Below are positions 1 to 12,125 of a DNA stretch of 64,000 nucleotides, in pieces. How positions within the stretch are numbered: position 1 is the stretch's first letter; every line of letters starts with the position of its first letter. The stretch spans positions 212,412,001 to 212,476,000 of the forward strand of contig OZ024742.1 of assembly GCA_964016885.1 (NCBI GenBank), written 5' to 3'. A program made the position numbers and the translations under genes. The DNA is from Eledone cirrhosa (Eukaryota). The notes beneath the pieces are model-generated. The model did no database searches. It had not been told where the DNA came from and was given only the letters and a program-made list of their open reading frames with translations.

Positions 1-2232
1 TGACCACCCCCTTTGGTTCATTTGAATTCCTGTCCATGCCTTTTGGTTTGCGGAATGCTTCGAGCACGTTCCAGCGTTTTATCGATGAAGTCATGCGTGG
101 ATTGGATTTCGTGTTTGCTTATGTGGATGACCTTCTAATAGCCAGCGACACAGCTGAACATCATCATCAACATCTATCTCAGTTATTTCAACGTCTTCAA
201 TCGTACCAGGTCAGAATCAACCCAGCTAAATGTGTGTTTGGTACAGCTTCACTGGAATTCCTAGGACATATGATAGATTCGGAAGGCATTCGACCGCTAC
301 CATCTAAGGTGGAAGCGATTCAGTGACCCCCCCCCCCCCCCACACCTTATTGAGGCAGTTACGTCATTTCTTAGGATTAATCAACTTTTATCGTCGTTTC
401 ATTCCTAACTGTGCGGACAAGTTGTTTCCCTTGACACAGTTTTTAAAGGCTGCGAAAAAGAAAGATGCTCCCATTTCACTTTCTGCCGATGCTTTGCAAT
501 CTTTTGAATCCGTCAAGTCCGAGATAACTGAACTTTCTTTCCTCGCTCATCCTATTGCAAACGCGAGGCTTTCTTTAACTGTTGATGCGTCCGACCATGC
601 TGTTGGAGCAGTTTTGCAACATACGATCGACCACCAGTTTCAACCACTGGCGTTTTTCTCACGCCAACTTAAACCAACGGAACAGAAATACAGCACCTTT
701 GACAGAGAACTTTTGGCAGTTTATCTTACCGTGAAGCACTTCCACCATTTTTTGGAAGGGCGGGAGTTCACGATATTCCAATCCAAGTCCGACAGTTACT
801 CTCCAGTTACAGGGTATACAGGCATTTGGATCTTATCTCCGAGTACACCAGTGACATTCGTCATATAGCTGGAGCTGCCAACATACCCGCGGACGCACTA
901 TCTCAACTTTCTGTGTGTTCTCTTGCGTCTCCTGCACATATCGATTTGGTTGCCATGGCAACTGACCAACCTACTTTGGATTCGTTGGACATTTCATCTG
1001 ACCAGTTCTCCTTCTGCAAATTGGAATATTTACCTCTTCCATCTTCTGAAGGGAAAATTCTTTGCGACATTTCTACCGGCTCACCCAGACCACTCGTTTC
1101 AGATTGCCATCAACGTACCGTGTTTGATGCACTTCATTCCTTGTCGCATGCCGGCATAGCTGCCACGGTGAAGCTCATTACAGCCCGATTTTTCTGGTCT
1201 AATATGCGTCGTTTAATCACCAGTTGGGCACGTTCTTGTTTGAAGTGTCAGCGCTCTAAGATTTACCGGCATCTTCGCGCTCCTCTGGGTAAATTCAGCC
1301 CACCGGACGCCCATTTCCGTCACATTCACATGGTTATTGTTGGTCCTTGGCCCGTTAGTCGTGAGTTCACATATATATTGACCTGTATCGATCGTTTCTC
1401 TCGGTGGCCTGAGGCCATACCCCTAGTGGACATAAGAGCCGAGTCCGTTGCCCGAGCTTTCATTTCCAATTGGATTGCTCGCTTTGGTGCTCCTTCTAAA
1501 ATAACCACGGATCGGGGACGACAGTTCGAGGCTTCCTTATTTCGTGAAATACCACGACTGTTGGGTGCTCATCACATTCATACGACCAGCTATCACCCAG
1601 CCTCCAATGGAATGGTGGAGAGGTTTCACAGACAGTTGAAAGCTGCACTTCGCGCTACTCCTGATCCGCAACGTTGGACCGAATTTTTGCCAATCGTGCT
1701 TCTTGGTTGTCGTTCTGCCATTAAAACAGATTTGGCTTTCTCTTCTGCTGAACTTCTTTATGGTACCACCTTGACTCTTCCTGGTCAAATGTTAGCACCG
1801 GTGGATTCGTCGCATCTTGATCCAGCATCATATGTCACCAGGATTCGTTCGTATTTCTCGAATCTTCCATCAATGAACCCTCGTGACCAGTCTATTTCTT
1901 TTGCTGTTCCATTGGACATCTCTACGTGGACACATATTTTTATACGGAATGATTCCGTCAAGGGATCGCTTACGTTACTCTACAATGGAACTTTTCACAC
2001 CAAAACATTTCACAGTGGCTGTCAATGGTTGAAAAGAGACAATATACATTGACAGAGCAAAGAGGGCTTTCTCTGAAAGTCTCATTACAATGCCTGATAC
2101 ACCTCGTACATTCACTCCCACACCAACACCTTCACCTCCACCGCAAACACCACATAACACACAACCTTATGTCACACGAGGTGGCAGAACAGTAAAATGA
2201 CCACGTAAATTGTCAAAAACTATATACATTTA
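1..2232 (+). mobile_element. Ty3/Gypsy LTR retrotransposon pol (RT, RNase H, integrase), pseudogenised; CsRn1/Kabuki-like
   Basis: RT motifs MPFGLRNA and YVDD (36-326); RNase H DASD and ELLAVY (323-780); integrase zinc-binding region, [20 protein letters not shown] and [11 protein letters not shown] (826-2052); C-terminal TRGGR. Interrupted by a stop plus poly-C tract at 324-341, a deletion near 780 and frameshifts. Clade assignment is from recalled motif similarity. Confidence 0.95.
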
Positions 2233-2594
2233 ACCCCTAGTGGCATTAACAAACTTATTTTTTCAGTTTCAGATAGAACTAGTGTCAGAAAAGTCTGTAC
2301 ACTGGTGATGTATGAACTATTTGATTTTGAAGAAACTTTGAACTTACCATTGAGCATTCATTTTTCTCTGCTCCTCTATATTAACTTTGAATTATTAGTT
2401 TGTTACATTCACATTTTTTTTCTTTGTAAAATGCATTTACTTGTTTTGTGCTTTTTTGCTATTTGCTTCAGTTGCGAGCTCATGTTTTATTCATGCACTT
2501 TCTTGTACCTTTTGCTTTGCTCCTCATTTCTTACGGGTTCTCGCTACAATGACCTTCGGTTGGTTATTCGACTTCTCGTCTGAGAGGGGAGTCT

Positions 2595-2852
2595 TGTAGC
2601 GCTCTCTAGACAAGGGAAGTAGCTAGAGTTACTTCCCGTTGAATTTCTAGAATACACCCTTAAACTTCCGTTCCAGGGATTATAAAAGATAGAGCAAAAA
2701 GCGATCTTCCTCTCTTTGGCAGCAAGCTCTCAAACTGACCACACCGAGCGCAAATATGTTAAGCTTTTTCCAACCATATCTTATAATTCAGGATTACACC
2801 ATATCATGCCACGAGGTACGTTTTGTTACCAAATTATAATACACGGACTACA
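2595..2852 (+). repeat. 3' LTR of Gypsy element 1 (about 258 bp)
   Basis: Follows the polypurine tract GAGAGGGGAG (2582-2591). Starts TGTAG and ends CTACA (5-bp inverted termini). Internal TATAAAAG near 2681. Confidence 0.8.
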
Positions 2853-3052
2853 ATAAATGCAAGTTATTTTGATACTCATTTTGAGAAACTCTTCATGTCT
2901 CAATTATTACTTCGAATATAGAGAGAGATAATTCTCACGAAAAAGGAAATTGTATGAAAGTTCTTCTATATCTTCTTTCAATTAAAATTAGTAGTTGGGA
3001 TCCAGTGGGACTTACTGGAGTAGGTAACCCTGGGACCAACTCACTAAATGTG

Positions 3053-3117
<65 letters not shown>

Positions 3118-3119
3118 TT

Positions 3120-4121
3120 ACGTAGACCACAGAGCGTATGCGCATAAACGCACCTGTACCGTGTCGTATTTGTGACAGTATTGTATAAGCTCAATGTACG
3201 AGAACAGAGCCGTTATATGTAAAAGAAATCAAAGAACGCCTACATACTCATACAATTTTTATTTGCTGACAATGTTTCATCCATACCATTGGGCAGGAAT
3301 CATCAGAGCTTTATAAACAAAAATACAGTGCTGAGTATAAGCTCTACCGAGCTTAGTCACATGGACATTAGAAATACAATAGAGGGTAACAAGAAGGGGA
3401 TCGGAAATGGCGAGTATGGAGAGAGTGCATAGTGGGGTTGTTATTCAGCACTACAGCTAAAAGCAATGGTACAGGCATATTTTTTCACAAGATGCAGAAG
3501 CACGTGAGGGCACACAAAAGCAAAAAGTATAAACAAAACAATAGTTAAAACATATAATCATAAAGTAAAAGGAAAATAATAATATTAAAAAAAAAATAAT
3601 AATAATAAATAAAAAAAAAAAATTTTTTTTTAAAGCACACAAAAACAGAGGAAGCTATGCGTTGGTCACTATATATAACATGTGATTTAGTTCTCCATAA
3701 CTTAGAGTCATAGAAATACTAAAAGGTTCCCAAGGTACCTTCAAAAAGCCCAAATGGGATTTTATTCCTCCCCATAGTATACATAATCAAGGTATACTAG
3801 TAGGTTACGGAATTATGTGGACGATGGGTGCTAAACCTGTATATAGACAGGCACCACATAAATACAAGCCAAACACAAGCAAAGCGGGGTTATTGCATGA
3901 TCAAGCTAAAGCAAAAATACATAACAAAAATGGTTTAGTTCCTGAAAAAACACACATCTGGCGAGGAGTCACTACATAAGCATATCTACCGTAGAGGTTA
4001 GTCCAATCGGTTTCATATGCCTCGATTGTCTAGGAGTTATAAAGATAGTGGATTATCCGTAGATAGTAATTCGGTCCAGAGTTTACAACATATGTGTGTT
4101 TTTTCAGTAACTAAACCATTT
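3120..4121 (-). mobile_element. Probable Penelope-like element remnant (pseudo-LTR with hammerhead ribozyme and inverted terminal segment)
   Basis: Starts beside a (TA)n run, contains a minimal hammerhead at 3265-3309 and ends in a 30-bp inverted repeat (3928-3957/4092-4121). No recognisable ORF; boundaries approximate. Confidence 0.5.
3258..3316 (-). ncRNA. Type I minimal hammerhead ribozyme
   Basis: Minus strand reads gct CTGATGA t tcc..gga t GAAAC att GTC agc: conserved core, stem I gct/agc extended by tttat/ataaa, near-palindromic stem III ACATTGT, GUC cleavage triplet. Confidence 0.8.
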
Positions 4122-5600
4122 CGGCCGCGAACTGTTAGCCATCTTCCTTGCTGTGAAACACTTTCGGCATTCACTGGAAGGCCGACAGTTTACGATCTAT
4201 ACTGACCATCGTCCACTTACGTTCGCACTCAGTTCCAATCCGGACAAATACTCACCTCGAGAAACTCGTCACTTGGACCTCATATCCCAGTTTACGAATG
4301 ACATTCGTCATATACCGGTGATCAAAACACAGCGGCGGATGCCTTATCTCGCCTACCCATCAATGCTTTGTCAGCACCTGCGACTGTTGACTTGCATCTT
4401 ATCGCTGCAGAACAGCCCACCCTAGAGTCATTGGATCTGTCTTCACCTGAATTTGCAACCTGCAAATTTAAATACCTGCCTGTACCCACTTCGAACTCTC
4501 AGATTCTGTGTGATACTGCGACAGATTCACCTCGCCCTCTGGTACCAGAGACTCATCGTCGAATAGTTTTCGATTCTCTACATAGTTTGGCACACTCCGG
4601 AATTTCCGCCACAGTAAAACTCATTTCAGCTAGATTCTTCTGACCGAATATGAGACGTGATATCACTGTTTAGTCACGTTCCTGTTTGTCTTGTCAAAAG
4701 TTTAATGTGCATAAACATATTCGCGCACTTTTCGGCACATTTAGCACACTTGACGCACGCACGTTTTTGCCACATACACATTGATATCGTGGGACCTTGG
4801 CCTGCCAGTCCATATATCCTGACCTGTATTGACCGTTTCACCCGATGGCCTGAAGCCATTCCTCTTAGTGACATTACTGCTGAATCTGTAGCGCGAGCCC
4901 TGGTTTCAGGATGGATATCACACTATGGGGTTCCTACCACTATTACTACAGATCGTGGTAGGCAGTTTGAATCCCAACTTTTCGGGGATCTATCGAATAT
5001 CCTCGGCGCTCAACGAATCAGGACTACCAGTTACCACCCTGCATCTAATGGAATGGTAGAGCGTTTTCATCGCCAGTTAAAGGTCGCATGGCGTACCATC
5101 CGGATACTCTATATTGGAGCGACTACCTCCCCATAGTACTACTCGGTATCCGCATTTCAATGAAAGAAGATTCTTTCCAGCCGAGCTTTTGTACGGCACT
5201 ACATTATCTCTGCCAGGGCAGATGCTTGCCCCAGTTGACCTTGCTACTCAGGACCCTACACTATATGCGATCCGTTTACCTGCGTATTTTCAAGTCCTGC
5301 CCTCTATGAACACTAGGGAACAAACCATTAAATCTTCGGTTCCGAGGGACATTGCCTCGTGGACCCATGTTTTTGTCAGAAATGACGAAGTGAGAAGTCC
5401 TCTCACTCCACCTTATTCTGGGCCCTATCGCGTACTTGCACGTACAGATAAACATTTCACCATTGACTTTAATGGACATAAAGACACAGTCTCTATTGAC
5501 AGACTAAAGCGGGCCTACACAGATGCTCTCACACCAGAGCCTCATACTCCCCCCTCCTACAATGTGTCAATACAAGCACCACCGCAAACACCACAATCAC
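4119..5600 (+). mobile_element. Second Ty3/Gypsy pol remnant (RNase H C-terminus plus integrase), 5'-truncated and frameshifted
   Basis: [75 protein letters not shown] and a GPY motif (PPYSGPYRV). Related to element 1 but distinct. Confidence 0.93.
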
Positions 5601-6283
5601 ATTCAAACAGCTTCGCATCTCGTTGCACCTCAATCTTGTTACTTTACCCGACTCACTGGGAAAACAACAAATGGAACTGGACCTGTCAGCATTTCCACCA
5701 TTTCTCCTACGGATTCGCCAGAATTATGGAATTACCGCTTCAACTACTACCCATCTACAGATTCAACTTGCCTTTTTCTTTTCAAAGCAACTAGCCATTT
5801 TTTCTTGGCTGCCTAGCACTTCCGGCAATTCATCTGGGAGGTCGACAATTTCTCGCCTACCCATCATCTTCTTGCCAGCTCTGCTACAACATTTACCATA
5901 ACAGCTCTGGTATAACACTTACCATAACAGCTATACAGCTCTGGTAACGCATGAATAGCACCATCATTGACAACAGCTACTGGTAAACTACCATAACAGC
6001 TTCATCCACAGCTCTGGTTCAACACTAACAGCTAACATTTAATGCAAGAACAGCAACTTTGCCAATGTCAGACTTTATCCGTTTTCTGTTAGACCCCGGG
6101 TGGTCACGCATAAATAGCAAAACAGCTAGTTATTTGAAACAGCGGCTCAACACAGCCCTTAGCGCCTCATTTTTCTTCTTGCATGCATTCTTTTGTTCAA
6201 TTTTTTCATTGATGTGCTCTCTTTCAGCATTTTTTCTGCTGATTCAATTTTATATATCGTCTTGCAGACTAAATAGGGGGTAT

Positions 6284-6514
6284 TGTAGTGACCTACATTC
6301 CGAGGGCTCATGGATACATTCTCCGTACATTGTTTGGCTCAATTCAGCCAATCGCTACCAGCGTAGGAGAATGTATCTCGACTTCCACCCAGAGGGGGAT
6401 TCCCGCGGCGATTCGAAACTCTCTCTCTCTCTTGAAGCTCGACACCGTGAAGGTAAACATCTCTTGCTTTCGTTCCTCAAGCATAGACAATATGTAGCAA
6501 CAGATATCACTACG
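6284..6514 (+). repeat. 3' LTR of Gypsy element 2 (about 231 bp)
   Basis: Follows the purine tract AAATAGGGGG (6271-6280). Starts TGTAGTGA and ends TCACTACG (inverted terminus with the last A changed to G). Confidence 0.8.
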
Positions 6515-6529
6515 GGTTTGGCTAACGCC

Positions 6530-7176
6530 TCAGCCAGTTGACCGTACCTTCTTAAACTCTTAATTAATAATTTCTCTTGGCATGCCATTTAAACCTTTAT
6601 AACCTTTTTATTGATAACATTAACTATCCTCTCAAGAGACATTTTTCTAACCTTTGTAATCTGTAAATAAATTATATATAAACATTTATAAAGTCGTAAG
6701 ATGCTATTTTCCACAACATTGCTTTTAACATCTTCAATGGTGACTTCTGTGATACAATACACAAATACACACATTCTCAACACAAACATCTACTAAATAA
6801 CTTCTTCTAAACGATGGTTGACTTAGGTGCTTACTGGCTAAGGCTCTTACTCTAGGTTCCATGCTGCTTACAAGTAATCGTATTTCTCCTCGTTTTGTAA
6901 TTTGTATACGTTTTTTTTGTGTTTAGTAAGAAGCTGCGTAACTGCGTTGAAACCACATTCAGCCATATAAGAATGTTGTAAGAATGAAACAAGAAGTGAC
7001 TGGACGGTTCTTAATCTAAAAGGGTTCCCTGCTAAACAGGGGTTTTTAAGGGGAGATAAAACAAAGGGATGATATATCAGAAACACCAATATTGAATAAA
7101 ATAAAAACTCCCAGCGCCCCCTTTCAACACAACAACGCCTACAAGGGGGCGCTAGCGGTCACGTTGGGAAACAGAG
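6530..7176 (-). mobile_element. Internally deleted hAT (Charlie/Buster-like) DNA transposon
   Basis: Minus strand ~6990-6806 encodes SYMAECGFNAVTQLLTK..RGEIRLLVSSMEPRVRALASKHLSQPSF* with frameshifts, resembling the Buster/SCAND3-type C-terminus. End at ~7176 is TGTTTCCCAAC with a subterminal CGCCCCCT/AGGGGGCG repeat. Left boundary uncertain. Confidence 0.75.
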
Positions 7177-7199
7177 ACACCAGGGCAGCAAGAAGCTGG

Positions 7200-7565
7200 C
7201 CATCGTTCCTATATTCTTGCAGAACCTTCCGCAGTCATATATCCTAACGAGAGACTTCAATGCATATGTTGGCACTGACCACCTGACGTGGAAAGGAATG
7301 ATTGGAAGGAACAGTGGCCCGGGCTAAATATGAATGGAGAGGCCTTAGTAGACTTCTGTTCTAGCAATATATTCTCTATTATGAACACCTTTCAGCACAG
7401 ATCAATCATTGATCACAGCCGACCAAATATTCAGATTACGGCAGGTCTTCGAGAAATACTTGGAGTATTGTCAAAAGGTGAATCCTTGTTATTTAGACAT
7501 CGAAAAAGGAATATGACCGCGTTCCTCGGGACCTGCTGTGGAAGGTTCTGTAGGAGTATGGGGAT
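7200..7565 (+). mobile_element. RTE-clade LINE remnant (AP-endonuclease fragment joined to RT fragments by deletions)
   Basis: DFNAYVGTDHLTWKGMIGRN..NMNGEALVDFCSSN..MNTF, then ADQIFRLRQVFEKYLEY and YDRVPRDLLWKVL*EYG. Confidence 0.8.
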
Positions 7566-7621
7566 GATTTTGTAATTATAATAAATATATATGTGTGTGT
7601 GTGAACATATATAGATTATTA

Positions 7622-7783
7622 TAATTGTTTCTACTTTTGGCACAAAGCCAGCAATTATCCCAGTGTATTACTGGTCGACCCCGTAAGGATGAAAGACAAA
7701 GTTAACCTCGGCGGGATTTGAACTCAGACCATGAAGGGCCGTAACTCTTTGCTGCAAAGCATGGCGTCCGACTCTCTACCGAT
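7622..7783 (-). mobile_element. tRNA-derived SINE (Meta-SINE-like core), head truncated
   Basis: Reverse complement of the family seen at 7974, 25587, 36134 and 49151; B-box GAGTTCAAATCCC and core TTTGTCTTTCATCCTTACGGGGTCGA. Confidence 0.85.
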
Positions 7784-7947
7784 TTATCATATAAGACCTA
7801 TGTTAGAATAGACTTTGAAGCCTTAGGTACGATGTAACTGTGATGAGAATTTATTATAATATATAGATTATTATAATAAATTCTCATCACAGTTACATCG
7901 TACCTAAGGCTTCAAAGTCTATTCTAACATAGGTCTTATATGATAAA
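7783..7947. repeat. Perfect inverted repeat, 79-bp arms, 7-nt loop
   Basis: 7783-7861 is the exact reverse complement of 7869-7947. Confidence 0.97.
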
Positions 7948-7973
7948 CTAGTGTGCTTATCTTTCAGGTAATA

Positions 7974-8165
7974 GCGGTGGATTGGCAGTATCGGTAGAGG
8001 GTCGGACGCCATGCTTTGACGCATAGACTTACGGCCCTTGCCATTCTGAGTTCAAATCCCGCCGAGGTTAACTTTGCCTTTCATCCTTACGAGGTCGATA
8101 AAATAAAGTACCAGTAATACACTGAGATAATTGCTGGCCTTGTGCCAAATGTAGAAACAGTTATT
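7974..8165 (+). mobile_element. tRNA-derived SINE (Meta-SINE-like core)
   Basis: GCGGTGGATTGGCAGTATCGGTAG head, GAGTTCAAATCCC B-box, TTTGCCTTTCATCCTTACGAGGTCGATAAAATAAAGTACCAG core. Confidence 0.9.
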
Positions 8166-8575
8166 TACATGAGATCTCGTCAAGTGCCAGGGAAGTAATA
8201 ATGTAATAATAATTTTGTGATTCAGGGGAAGCAACTCCTGTGTATGTAAATTATAACTGTAATTGTTTCCCTTGGACAACACCAGTGATGTCTGGTATGT
8301 ATGGCGACTGCTGGTCTTCGCACCTCAAACACCTTACCCGGATTTGTGCTTTGAAGGAGAACTTTGTAGTTGCAAAACCCATAATCAGTTATGACCGAAG
8401 GGGGTTCTTAACCCTTTAATTATATGGTTTATTGTAGTAAATGTTTTTTTTTTAAATTATTAAAACATAGTGTTTGTGTACTTGTGTGTGTATTTATGTT
8501 TATATTATTAATATAGGTGGAGTGGTGTGAATTGTGTTCTGTTAAAGGTCTATGTGTTATTTATGTGTATATTAT

Positions 8576-8940
8576 ATATCCGGGGATTGTCCCAAAAGTA
8601 AGGGTGCTGATTTTTATATGTACGGCATGTTAACGCAATACCTCGTTGGTGTATATAGGCATGTTGGTTACGACTTGGGCTGCATGTACATACTTGTTTC
8701 AACATGATCGGCTGAGTCAGTCGTGAGTTATTGTTGTTTATGTACAAACGTGTTTATAAACTCCGTTACGTTTGTGGCGCAGGAAAACAATGGAACGCGA
8801 TCAAATTTTGTATGAAACTCAACAAATCTGCTACCGTATCATTTAATTCTTTAACTCAAGGTTTTGGAGATGCCCCTCTATCGAGAAGTACGTTTTTAAG
8901 CTGTACAAAAGCTTTCAAAGAGGGCCAAGAAAATGTTGCT
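8576..8940 (+). mobile_element. Mariner-like transposon 5' fragment (TIR-like end plus N-terminal HTH)
   Basis: QWNAIKFCMKLNKSATVSFNSLTQGFGDAPLSRSTFLSCTKAFKEGQENV resembles the mariner transposase N-terminus. Upstream GGGATTGTCCCAAAAGTAAGG resembles a mariner TIR. Confidence 0.8.
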
Positions 8941-9942
8941 GTAAGTGATGTGATGGTAGCTCCATATATATCTGACTTAACATTACATTTTTGTTGCAAA
9001 GGGCATTCATCTTTGTTCCTAGGTTTACATTAAGTTCTTTTTTATGTTATTGTTGTATTCATTGAAGGTCTGCAGGCATAGTTGATTTTCACTGTCTGTT
9101 TTGAAAATGTGCATCTACATATGTTCAGGGGATAAATGTTTGTTTATTAATTCTAAGAATACTATGAGAGGCTTCCACATCATTCTTTTAAGATAGAATC
9201 CACGTCTTGCAGTTTCAGTTTGTTTTCTCTGAAAAACACACACTGAGAAATCAAGTTCAAACTGTAAAGCTCACTGTCAGGATTCTACCTCTTCAATATA
9301 TCAGTGAAGTCAGTGATGCTAACCTATTGTTCATCAATCTTTTTATTATTGATTCCTAACTTATTTTCAATTCCTGGTTAAGCTATTTTATGTGACTAAT
9401 AACACTAAATAAAGACATAGATGTCTTGTAACCATATTTCTCAATCCATTTAAGTTAAAGTTAAAGCCTGGGGGCTCATCAGACTGGTGTTTATCCTGGT
9501 TTCCTTGGCATTAACTATGTGTGCAATGATCCTCCCTGGACAGGATGCCAGTCTATCACAGGTTTAACTCCCAGTTACTGTTGGTACTCAATTTCAGCTG
9601 AGTGTACTGGAAATTAACTGTTTTGCCCTGACATCAACTGCCTATGTAAGAAATTATATTTCTTCTAATATATTGATCCTGCAAATTTCAGTTATTCCTA
9701 ACTGAATTTATTTCACTCCACACTTGTCATTAATGACTGACCAGCATAGTAACAGAGAAAGGACATTTCTTATATTTGTTGTACATATCACAGATATTTC
9801 GTTGGGAACTGCTTCTATAGATATGGTCTATCACTAGCGTTTTGTCATTTTCTACTCACTAAGGGGATGGGAAAATTGATACTAGGCCTGTTGTTTTCCT
9901 CTTTTACAAATATACCAACTTCTAATCCGCTTTCTATGATTT

Positions 9943-10036
9943 AATGCCTCACATTGGGGTTGAACCTAAAACCAATCTTTATGGCATAACTATAGTTAGG
10001 AAGTTTGCTTTTAGGTTCAACCCAATGTGAGGCATT
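9943..10036. repeat. Inverted repeat with 28-29-bp arms, overlapping a decayed SINE
   Basis: aatgcctcacattggggttgaacctaaaa (9943-9971) versus ttttaggttcaacccaatgtgaggcatt (10009-10036), one indel. Confidence 0.85.
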
Positions 10037-12079
10037 TTGAGAAAATGTCATCTACTATAGATGATGTGGGTTGACCAAAATGTTGTGACATTTGGTGTGG
10101 AAACTGTTTGATAAGCTGTCAGAGGAACTTTTCTTGTTTGTAGGTGATAAACTTAATGTTACCTCGTTTAATACTACCACTTGGTTCGTGGCTCTATCTA
10201 TTGGAGTCCACTCTGATGCAATCATTTAGGTGTACTAAATGCACACAATATGATGTAGGCTCAGAGTTGCTATCAAATGTAGATTTTAATGTAATAAAAA
10301 ACAAAAACAAAAAAACCCACTCAGATTTCTGGTTAAATAAATCAAAACAATATTGTTGCTTTTCATAGAACTAAATATCCTTTAGATAGGTAACTATCTT
10401 AAATTGATTGTTTTCATTCCAGAGCTAATTGATATAATCATTGTATGCAACAACTTACAGCTTTAACAGATCCAAGTTTCACACAAGTGTATTAAAGAAA
10501 TACATAAATGCTAACTTCTACCATACAGGCATAGTAAAGTTCCATGTTTTTGTAAAAATATCTTTCATATATATTGTTTTTATATTTTACAAAAATATGA
10601 GGCTGTAACATGGTTGGCAATAGGAAGGGCATCCAGACAAAGAAACCAAGCCAAAATATGGAGACCATGTCATGCTCATACATCTGTATGGACACGTGGT
10701 CTCTGGACCAAACTTGTCTCATAATACAAGAACCCGTCTAACCCATGCAAATGTGGAAAAATATATGTTAAAATGTTGTGAGGAGCAGAAATGTATAAGC
10801 TCTAGTATAATGTATTTCTGTGATACACTTGTGTGAAACAGGAGTATGAATAAAAAATATCCAGTTACAACATATATGTAAACACACATAGACATGTGGT
10901 TGCAGATAGAAAAGAGATGTAATGAAATATTAAATTCAGTAAGAATGTACTCATTTCCCATTGCTTAACTTTGGATTCTTTTGTATTTGTTGTCTTCATT
11001 CAAACTTGATTTCAATATATAAAATATCAGCATTCAATTGTATATTAATCCTTGGAAAAAAAAAAAATTTTTTGAATTGTTGATTACAAATGTATTGTCT
11101 TCTATCTCATATTGTGTCAATATATGGAAGACGGCAAATTGGGAGAGCCATTAGAACATAAGATAGAATGCTTTGTGGTGTTTGTTTTGGCTATCTGCTC
11201 TCTGAGTTCAAATCCCATTGAGGTCAACTTTGTCTTTCATCCATTCAAGATCAATAAAAAAAAAAGTACCAGTCTAGTCGATTCTTTCTCACTTTCTATC
11301 CGTCTCTGGAAAAAAATCTGCTGTGTTTAGACCTGGTAAGGAGATGGGCTCTGCCAGATTTTAAAAATGCTCTAGACACGCTGTATGTAAATGCAGCACC
11401 CCTACAACTCTCCCATGTGTTACAAGTCCATACACATGAAAGCCATCCCATTCCATGAATGTTCAATTCAAAGTTGAATGTTTTTCTATTTTCCATTTTG
11501 AGAAACCTTCTGCTTTTTAAATTCAAGTTTCATTTAAATTCCCATGTTAAAGCTGCCAATTACAATTGATCATGATTCAACTATCCTTCTCTAATTATGA
11601 ACATCATATTCTGTTGTAGGCATCAAACTTGGCTCTAGATATACATGTTTCTACTTCTTCACACTGTAGATATATCCTGATGGACTTAGTAAACTTTATG
11701 CAGACTATAAAAAATCAGGCAAATAATATTTTTATTTAAATTTCTGCTTTACATTAGAAAATCCAATCAATTTTTTCTCTTCAATCTCTTTAAAGAATTA
11801 AATATACTGAGTTGATTTCCTCAATTGACTATGAGGGGGGTCCCACCTGGATCTTGTTTCTGAGCATCAGCTTACAAAGTTGGTTTTATCAATCTTGGGG
11901 TTATGAAAATATGGATCTTGATGGATTTTATAGATAGAGTTAAAATTATTGAACAATGATCCCACAGTTAAGATACATAAAGCCATAACATTTTCTTCTA
12001 AGCCATTAACTACTACCAGAGCTTTCAGTACAGTGAGAATTGAAGAGGAAAGACAATAGCAGAAATTGGGGAATAAAGA

Positions 12080-12125
12080 CAAGAACAGTGTAATTTATTT
12101 TCAACACATTAATGTATACATGCAT
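12080..12125 (-). terminator. Candidate distal polyadenylation site of calcineurin A
   Basis: Minus-strand AATAAA at 12094-12099 with upstream TGTA and a downstream T/GT-rich tract (ctgttcttgtcttt). Other AATAAA motifs lie between here and the stop codon. Confidence 0.4.
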
